Source: an uncultured Candidatus Saccharibacteria bacterium (GTDB lineage: Bacteria; Patescibacteriota; Minisyncoccia; UBA6257; HR35). From it: a DNA stretch of 64,000 bases. Below the pieces are notes generated by a model, which did no database searches, was not told the DNA's origin, and was given only the letters and a program-made list of their open reading frames with translations. The translations under genes were made by a program, and so were the position numbers. Position 1 is the first letter of the stretch. The number at the start of each line of letters is the position of its first letter. The stretch spans positions 2,015-66,014 of the forward strand of contig CAZZNB010000045.1 in NCBI GenBank assembly GCA_964655375.1, given 5' to 3'. This document shows, in pieces, positions 57,484 through 64,000 of this stretch.

Positions 57484-58524
57484 ATGGAAGGATTATATCC
57501 CTCCCCTTTTCCAGAACAACAACCAGAATTGCCGAAAACTAATAGTGGGTATTATGAAACTATTGAAAGATATTTAAAAGGGGTGCTTAATAAATTAAAA
57601 AGCGAATCTTCAGGGCATAGAGGCAAATTTCTTTTGATTATGGGTGAAATTAAACCTTCAAGTGCTATTGATATTGAGATAAAAACTCAAGATGATTTCG
57701 AAAAATATATTGGTGCTTTTTCAAAAGCAGAAGAAGGTTCAGGTTTAGAAAAATATTTAGAATCTCTAAGAAGAGAATGGAGCCAACAAACATTATATGC
57801 TCAAAAACGATATAAACACACTCAAAGAACAATAGAATCTCACTTTTTAGGACAAATTAAAGGAAAATCAGTTGAAAAAATTATCGCTAACTCTTTAATT
57901 AGTCTTAACCCTAAACTTCAAAATATAAAATTTATCGGAGTTCCATTAATAGACGATTTAATAGGCGCTGGAGATATTTATATGACTATTCAATTAGAAA
58001 ATGAATTAATTATTTTTGCTATAGATATAACTTCTTCTATAGAAAAAAGTAGTGTCTTATATAAATTATCTAAAGAAATGGGGAATTATCCTTTCTCTTT
58101 ATCTTCTATCAAAAATAATTTAAATATATACAGAATAGAATTAGCATTAAATGACAAAGAAATTCAATTAAATTTAGATGAAATTAAAGAAATAGTAACC
58201 AGGGGAACAAAATTATTGCAAGAAGAATTAAGAAAATATAACATCAGTCCTGAGGGTATAATACAAAATATTCAAAGATATGAAAATGATCCTAGATTCA
58301 GTCAAGAAATAGACTTAGAAACATTTATTAACTTCTTTGTTGAAAATACAATACTTCGAAATTATAAAGATTTCTTGACAGGTTTATATTGCCTTTATTC
58401 AATAAAATTTATATTAGATTATTCATTTAGAAAATTATCTAAAGATGATAAAGAAATAATAAAAAAATGTTCAGAAGTTATTGAGGAACAATTATCTTTG
58501 CCTCAAAGTTCTACCTTTCATTAG
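57484..58524 (+). CDS. Hypothetical protein, possibly restriction-endonuclease-like fold
   Basis: E..I...DDLIGAGDIY...FAIDITS acidic pattern; leaderless-type start with no SD. Confidence 0.65.
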   Translation: MEGLYPSPFPEQQPELPKTNSGYYETIERYLKGVLNKLKSESSGHRGKFLLIMGEIKPSSAIDIEIKTQDDFEKYIGAFSKAEEGSGLEKYLESLRREWSQQTLYAQKRYKHTQRTIESHFLGQIKGKSVEKIIANSLISLNPKLQNIKFIGVPLIDDLIGAGDIYMTIQLENELIIFAIDITSSIEKSSVLYKLSKEMGNYPFSLSSIKNNLNIYRIELALNDKEIQLNLDEIKEIVTRGTKLLQEELRKYNISPEGIIQNIQRYENDPRFSQEIDLETFINFFVENTILRNYKDFLTGLYCLYSIKFILDYSFRKLSKDDKEIIKKCSEVIEEQLSLPQSSTFH

Positions 58525-58573
58525 TTTTTTAATTTGCAGTTAGTGATTATTTTTAATATAATTTTATTTAGAA

Positions 58574-58919
58574 GGGGGTGATAAATGGAATTCGAGGAGG
58601 AAAAAAGGTAAAAGGGGCTGGTGGCTTAGCCCGCCTTAAGGGCTAAAAATAAATGCCAACCAATCCTTTGCCTATGCTTTAAGCTAAGCATAGGGCTTTA
58701 CAGGAATTCAGTGCTAGGCTGGTCCTGTAGGGTGACGGAATCCTAGCTAGAAGTTAAAAGGTTAGAGAGGAGCCTTTTAACTTCGAAATTAAATATTCCT
58801 CTCAGGCCTTAGTCGTTTTGCCGGTTTTTGAGACTAAGGTTCAAATTTAAAAACCGGCTATACCAGTAGAACCTTTTACCTTTTTTTCTTCGACAGGGGT
58901 TCGATTCCCCTCACCTCCA
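58574..58919 (+). ncRNA. ssrA: tmRNA
   Basis: 5' GGGGGTGA..GAATTCGA; 3' T arm GGGGTTCGATTCCCC then CACCTCCA with G:U acceptor pair; tag frame GCC AAC CAA...TAA after ATAAAT. Confidence 0.93.
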
Positions 58920-59014
58920 CAATTATTGATTTAAAATCTTAAAAATAAAACTTAAAAATAAAAGACATTAACTTATTTAAGATATTTTGAGATAAATGAG
59001 AAAATTATTTAATT

Positions 59015-60013
59015 TTATAATACTTGTTTTTTAATTTCATTAAATATTTGTTGGGCAATTTTATGATTCTGTTTTAAAAATTCTCTAGCTGATTGGAAAC
59101 TGTTACCTAATTTTAATTCATTAAAAAATAGAGAAGTTCCAGTTTTTTTAATAATCCCGTATTTTTCACCTAAGTTTAATAAATCAGCTTCATAAGATAT
59201 TCCTTCACCATAATATATTTCAAATTCGGCTGTTTTAAATGGAGGGGCAACTTTATTTTTAACAACTCTGGCTTTTACTTTCGTTCCTATAATTTCTTCG
59301 CCTCTTTTAATTTGGCCAACCTTTTTAAGTTCAATTCTTACAGAAGCATAAAATTTTAAAGCCTTTCCTCCTGGAGTGGTTTCTTGAGCACCTACCATTG
59401 CTCCGATTTGAGCTCTAGTTTGATTTAAGAAGATTAAAATTGTTTTAGTTTTAGAAATTAAAGCTGTTAGTTTTCTTAAAGCTTGTGAAAGTAACCTTGC
59501 TTGCAAACCTATAAAATGGTCTCCAATTTCTCCCTCTAATTCTGCCCTTGGCGCTAAAGCAGCAACGGAGTCAACAACAATAACATCAAAAATACCGGAT
59601 TTTACTAATCTCTCTACTAAATTTAAAGCGTCTTCTCCTGAATCCGGTTGAGAAATAATTATTTTTTTAATATCTACACCTATTTTTTTAGCATATTCTG
59701 GATCTAAGGCGTGCTCTACATCAATAAACGCTACATTCCCGCCCTTTTTTTGAGCTTCAGCTATAGTTTCTAGGGCCACTGTTGTTTTACCAGAAGCTTC
59801 TGGTCCAAATATTTCTATGATTCTCCCTCTTGGAAGCCCGCCTACTCCTAAAGCTAAATCTAATGAAGGAGAGCCAGTTGAAATAACTTCAACATCTACT
59901 TTTGGCATTTCTTCTAGTCTCATAACAGCACCTTCGCCAAATTCTTTTTGTAATTCTTTTATTAAACTATCTAAGTCTTCTTTAATTTCTTCTTTTTGTT
60001 TCTTTTTGGTCAT
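59015..60013 (-). CDS. recA: Recombinase A
   Basis: GPEASGKTT, DVEHALD, SQPDSGE, DSVAAL, GGKALKFYASVR. Confidence 0.98.
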   Translation of the reverse strand: MTKKKQKEEIKEDLDSLIKELQKEFGEGAVMRLEEMPKVDVEVISTGSPSLDLALGVGGLPRGRIIEIFGPEASGKTTVALETIAEAQKKGGNVAFIDVEHALDPEYAKKIGVDIKKIIISQPDSGEDALNLVERLVKSGIFDVIVVDSVAALAPRAELEGEIGDHFIGLQARLLSQALRKLTALISKTKTILIFLNQTRAQIGAMVGAQETTPGGKALKFYASVRIELKKVGQIKRGEEIIGTKVKARVVKNKVAPPFKTAEFEIYYGEGISYEADLLNLGEKYGIIKKTGTSLFFNELKLGNSFQSAREFLKQNHKIAQQIFNEIKKQVL

Positions 60014-60134
60014 TAATTTAATTATATTACCCTTTTTGCTTAATAACAATACTATTAATTTTCGTAATTTATCATTAAAAATTTATTATAATATAAAAAA
60101 TTTTTGAATAAAATAGAATAAAATAAATAAAATA

Positions 60135-61264
60135 ATGGAATTAATTAGAGGTTTTTATGAGACAGAGCGAAACTACAATTTACTGATTGATGATTTAGAT
60201 AAATTAATAGAAGACGAGTTGGGAATTGAAACAAAAGTTTTTAATTTAGAAAGAAAAATAGAAAAATTGTCTCAGATTTATGACTTTTTGAGAAGAGAAT
60301 CCGCGAATAAGCTAAAAGATAGTTTTTTATCCGGATTAGTAGATGAAGAGTTTAGAATTAAACCAGATATTTATAGCTCAATTTATGATGAGAGAATATT
60401 AACTTCAGATTCAGAAAAAATTTCGAAGATTGAACAAGAAATAAATGAATATCTAAGTAAATTAGATGAGGATAAAAAATTAAAAAAACAAGTGGGGAAA
60501 TTAAAATCAGCAATTTCTGAGCTTACAAAAGCTCTTTTTTGTGATAAATTATTCGGAGAAAGATTTATAGTAGTAAGAACAAGTTTATATGACAACTATA
60601 TTAACGGTATTGATGAAGTATTTTTAGAGAAAAAACTAAGATCCCTTTTGTCGCTATAGATATATCTAATTATGAAAAACTAAAAGAAAAATCTTTTGAT
60701 GTAAGAAAAATAAAAAAAAACAAGGAGTGTTATGGGGTAAAATTTTGGGAGGCAGTTATTTAAAATACGGTTGCCATTTAACAGAAAATAATAAAATAGA
60801 AATAAATGGATTGGTTCAAGTACCGACATTGAGCATTTCCTTAAATTTTGTTGATATTCTAAAAATTATTAAGGCATATCTTGAAAATAATGAAAATGAG
60901 ATAAAAAGAATAGGCAAGGAAATACTGATGCGAGTTTTAGAGTTTTTTTGAAAAAGAGTTCTTTGAGTTTAATGAGCAAAAAGAAATTGTTAATATAAGT
61001 CAATCAGCTATAAATAACTTTTTGAAATATTTCGAACTTTGGATTGTTGAAAAAGATCATATTAATACGTTAAGACAATTTAAAAAAACTCTTACAAATA
61101 TGACGATTGAAGACTTTTTACAATTAGACACAAAAATTTTGTCATTATTTGAACTTACACAATTATATTACGGACTAAAGGCAAACCAAGAAATTAGTAG
61201 ATTTAGATTGGAGCGATTAAAAATAATATATTTAATTTTAAAAGATATAGTTGACTCTCTTTAA
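60135..61264 (+). pseudogene. Hypothetical gene broken by three homopolymer frameshifts
   Basis: The three track ORFs join into one ~376-aa frame if A6 (60630-35), A9 (60712-20) and T7 (60943-49) are each corrected by 1 nt. Confidence 0.7.
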
Positions 61265-61668
61265 AAAGGAATCTCCCAAATATCAGAAGGGGGCTCTTCA
61301 AACTCCTTTAATTCCTCAGGAACTTCCTCTATCATCTCTCCTGGTTTAGGACCAAATCGAATTGTTTCTGCGATTATTTCTGTTTGTGATCTTTTTGTAC
61401 CATCAGGCGCTAACCATGTTCTATAATGCAGTCTACCTTCTACAAAAACTAACCTCCCTTTATTTAAATAATCTCTACATAATTCAGCTAATCTTCCCCA
61501 GGCAATAATTCTATGATACTCTGTTTCGGTTTTTTGTTGTCCTGTTCTATCTTTGTAATTTCTGTTTGTAGCTATATTTATTACAGCGATAGGGGTACCA
61601 GAAGGAAGAATTTTAAAATCTACATCCTGGACTAATCTTCCTATTAAAAAAACCTTATTTAAATTCAT
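61261..61668 (-). CDS. ssb: Single-stranded DNA-binding protein
   Basis: LNKVFLIGRL, KGRLVFVEGRL, C-terminal EIPF. Confidence 0.96.
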   Translation of the reverse strand: MNLNKVFLIGRLVQDVDFKILPSGTPIAVINIATNRNYKDRTGQQKTETEYHRIIAWGRLAELCRDYLNKGRLVFVEGRLHYRTWLAPDGTKRSQTEIIAETIRFGPKPGEMIEEVPEELKEFEEPPSDIWEIPF

Positions 61669-61988
61669 ATTTGTGATACTTGCTCTACTCTCTCTTTATT
61701 ATTTAAAACTTTCCTTTTAACTATTAAGTATCTTAAAACATTTTTAAAGAATTTTAATTCTTCGTTAATTTTAACAGGTGTTTCTTTTTCACCATTAAAT
61801 AAAACATAACCAAAATATCCCATAATCTCTTTTTGAATAGGGTAGGCCATCCTTTTCTTTTTTAATCCACTTTCATAAAAAACACTCCCTTTATATTTTT
61901 GTATTAAATCGATTATTTTCTTCAATTCCTCTTCTGGGTTCGCGTCTATTTTTATCCAAAAAGCTAATTCATAAAAAGGCCCAGTCAT
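61665..61988 (-). CDS. rpsF: 30S ribosomal protein S6
   Basis: YELAF, KRMAYPIQK, VLRYLI; upstream of ssb. Confidence 0.9.
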   Translation of the reverse strand: MTGPFYELAFWIKIDANPEEELKKIIDLIQKYKGSVFYESGLKKKRMAYPIQKEIMGYFGYVLFNGEKETPVKINEELKFFKNVLRYLIVKRKVLNNKERVEQVSQI

Positions 61989-62047
61989 TTTGTTAAGATT
62001 TATTCTAAATTAGATATGTTTGTTTATTATTTTAAATGAAATTTAAA

Positions 62048-62165
62048 GTCCCTTGCAGCACCTACTCTCGCGCCCGAAGGCACTACCATCGGCACTGGGC
62101 CGTTTCACCTGCCTGTTCGGAATGGGAAGGGGTGGTTCCAACCCAGTTATACAGCCACAAGGGAC
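62048..62165 (-). rRNA. rrf: 5S rRNA (stand-alone)
   Basis: CCCATTCCGAAC, GTGAAAC, GCCGATGGTAGT, GAGAGTAGG; terminal helix GTCCCTTG/CAAGGGAC. Confidence 0.93.
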
Positions 62166-62180
62166 TTAATAATTATAACA

Positions 62181-62603
62181 TTAAAACAGTTTTTTTACAA
62201 ATAAGATGCTTTTGACTAATTTATCAGCAATTTTGTTTTCTTCTCGAGGAATGATTTTAATCTCTAAATGTGGAAAATCTATTTTTAAATTCCAAAATCT
62301 TATAAATAATTTTTGTAAATTTTCTTCTTTGATTTTGTATTTTCCTAAAAGTTGATTACCAACAAGCTCGCTATCTAAATGCAAAATAACTTTTATATCT
62401 TTTAATTTTTTCTTGCCAAATATTTCCTTTAATTTTTTAAGAGCATAAATAACTGCTAAATATTCAGCTTCATTATTCGTTGCCATGCCAATTTTTGCTT
62501 TGTAATGATTTCTTCTATCTCCAAAATCTATAACAACCCCAATTGCTGCTTCTCCAGGATTATTTAGCGCTCCTCCATCTGTCCAAATTTTTACTTCTTT
62601 CAT
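62181..62603 (-). CDS. rnhA: Ribonuclease HI
   Basis: TDGGA.NNPG, TNNEAEY, DSELV, PREENKIAD. Confidence 0.92.
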   Translation of the reverse strand: MKEVKIWTDGGALNNPGEAAIGVVIDFGDRRNHYKAKIGMATNNEAEYLAVIYALKKLKEIFGKKKLKDIKVILHLDSELVGNQLLGKYKIKEENLQKLFIRFWNLKIDFPHLEIKIIPREENKIADKLVKSILFVKKLF

Positions 62604-62745
62604 AATCAAAATTATATTAAACTTTTATCTAAACGAACTGGATGTTTTAAAAGAATTATTTATTAAATTAAAAAATCAAAGCATCAAGAAAATTTCCTAA
62701 GTAATGTAAGACACAATAATAAAAATTTCTTAAATTTTCTTAAAT

Positions 62746-62844
62746 TAAAAAACCCGGAGCGGGTGATTTAGGGCGAGGGGGTCTGAGGGTCATCCCGCTC
62801 CGGGTTAGAGTGTTAGAGTAAGGAGGGGTTGTCTAGTTTTCTAT
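62746..62844 (-). ncRNA. Putative novel small RNA: C-rich 5' arm with anti-SD, 13-bp stem, C-rich loop, U tail
   Basis: Extended -10 TGGTATAAT at 62858-62850; CCCCTCCTT; stem AACCCGGAGCGGG/CCCGCTCCGGGTT; GC-rich island in an AT-rich intergenic region. Confidence 0.55.
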
Positions 62845-62861
62845 TATTTATTATACCATTA

Positions 62862-63542
62862 TTATTTCTTTTTGGTAATAAACTTTCTTAAAGGGCAATT
62901 TTTATGTTTACATCTTGCAGAGCAATATTTTCTTCCATAATCTATCAATTTATAGGGCAAATCTCCCCATCTTTTATGTGGCACTATTTCCATTAAATCC
63001 TTTTCTATTTTATCAGGATTTGAATTTTTAGTTAAACCAAATAATCTACTCAGTCTTCTAACATGTGTATCAACAGCAATTCCCTCAGCCTTTTTAAATG
63101 CATTCCATAATATTATATTTGCAGTTTTTCTACCAACACCAGGCAATTTAAGTAATTCTTCCATTGTATCCGGTAAATTTCCATTATATTTTTCTTTTAT
63201 AATCTTTGCTGCTGTAATAATATATTTAGCTTTTTGTTTATATAATCCTAATTTGCTTATATCTTTTGCAAATTCTTTAATATCTGCATTAGCATAATCA
63301 TCTAGAGTTCTGTATTTTTTAAATAAATTTTCTGTAACTTTATTTACAACATCGTCTCTATTTCTAGCAGAAAGAACTACAGCAACATATAATTCCCAAG
63401 GATTAGAAAAATTTAATGCAATTTTAGCTTCAGGTATTAATTTATCAAGTTCAGCGATAATTTTTAATGCTTTTTCTTTTAATTTTTTTATATTTCTTTT
63501 TTCAGTTTTCTTTTTTGATTTTCTAACACTTTTTTTTGGCAT
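62862..63542 (-). CDS. nth: Endonuclease III
   Basis: VVLSA, LPGVGRKTAN (HhH), IAVDTHV. Confidence 0.93.
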   Translation of the reverse strand: MPKKSVRKSKKKTEKRNIKKLKEKALKIIAELDKLIPEAKIALNFSNPWELYVAVVLSARNRDDVVNKVTENLFKKYRTLDDYANADIKEFAKDISKLGLYKQKAKYIITAAKIIKEKYNGNLPDTMEELLKLPGVGRKTANIILWNAFKKAEGIAVDTHVRRLSRLFGLTKNSNPDKIEKDLMEIVPHKRWGDLPYKLIDYGRKYCSARCKHKNCPLRKFITKKK

Positions 63543-64000
63543 TATACTTTTTTCCAATTAGTTCTTACTCCATATACTCCATCTTTATATTTTACAATTT
63601 CATAATCTTCAAATAAAATTGGTTCAACTAAATATAGACACAAAAATACTTTGAAAAACAATTCTCTTATTTCAGTTTCTGCAGAAGGGTCAGTTCTCAT
63701 CTCTATGACGTGTCTCCATGCTCTAATATTTGCTGTTACAACTATCGGCGCCTCTGTTTCATTAGTAAATATCGCTCTTGCTGTTTGATTAATTTTCTTT
63801 CTTAATTCTGTTTTTATATGATCATCATCTTTTGTAGCTTTTAATATTTCTAATTCCTCTTTTTCTTGTTTTTCTTTCAAAATTTTGTATATTTCTTCAT
63901 ATTCTTTTTTAATTCTGTCTATTCTTTCTTCAAAAAGTTGATGTAATTTTTCATCATTTTGAAACTCTTTTCTTTCTACAAATCTAATAACTTCATTAGA
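63542..64000 (-). CDS. thyX: Flavin-dependent thymidylate synthase (partial, C-terminal part)
   Basis: AR....T...VTAN.RAWRH.IEMR...AE.EIR; frame open to the window edge. Confidence 0.8.
   Translation of the reverse strand, partial: SNEVIRFVERKEFQNDEKLHQLFEERIDRIKKEYEEIYKILKEKQEKEELEILKATKDDDHIKTELRKKINQTARAIFTNETEAPIVVTANIRAWRHVIEMRTDPSAETEIRELFFKVFLCLYLVEPILFEDYEIVKYKDGVYGVRTNWKKV

Noticed and set aside
62820-62891. AAGGAGG followed by TTG and a 20-aa hydrophobic peptide on + (type I toxin-like)
   Set aside because: Only 2 nt between AGGAGG and TTG; overlaps nth antisense; no clear plus-strand promoter
62862-62930. Degenerate Fe-S motif of Nth (CSARCKHKNC)
   Set aside because: Variation or loss of this motif is common among HhH glycosylases; not distinctive enough
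1-64000. CRISPR array, IS elements, self-splicing introns, stop-codon recoding
   Set aside because: No regularly spaced repeats, transposase or RT motifs seen; TGA, TAA and TAG all end conserved genes at the expected positions

Overview
Very AT-rich bacterial chromosome segment. Its gene content and compaction fit a Patescibacteria/CPR (Parcubacteria-like) organism; this is an inference. Core region (1-48.4 kb, 58.5-64 kb): folD-glyA, PBP1a, dnaN-dnaA/rpmH-rnpA-yidC with a probable oriC, a 12-gene CPR-type T4SS-like operon (VirB4, PrgI, VirB6-like, VirB2-like pilin fusion), leuS, valS, lysS, infC-rpmI, an alpha operon whose RpoA lacks the CTD, type IV pilus genes, smpB, tmRNA, recA, rpsF-ssb, a stand-alone 5S rRNA, rnhA, nth, thyX and five tRNAs including a rare tRNA-Ile(UAU). 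The core gene starts I inspected lack Shine-Dalgarno (SD) motifs, and several look leaderless. Between smpB and ssrA (48.4-57.1 kb) lies an integrase-free array of 13 mostly orphan genes. Each has a GGAGGTG SD, and each transcription unit ends in a GC hairpin. One cassette (53.4-54.0 kb) is strongly GC-rich and has structured 5' and 3' UTRs that can pair with each other. A putative ~100-nt sRNA 9 kb away (62.75-62.85 kb, minus strand) is complementary, in order, to three segments of that 5' UTR, including the SD. This is the best candidate for an undescribed system in the window.
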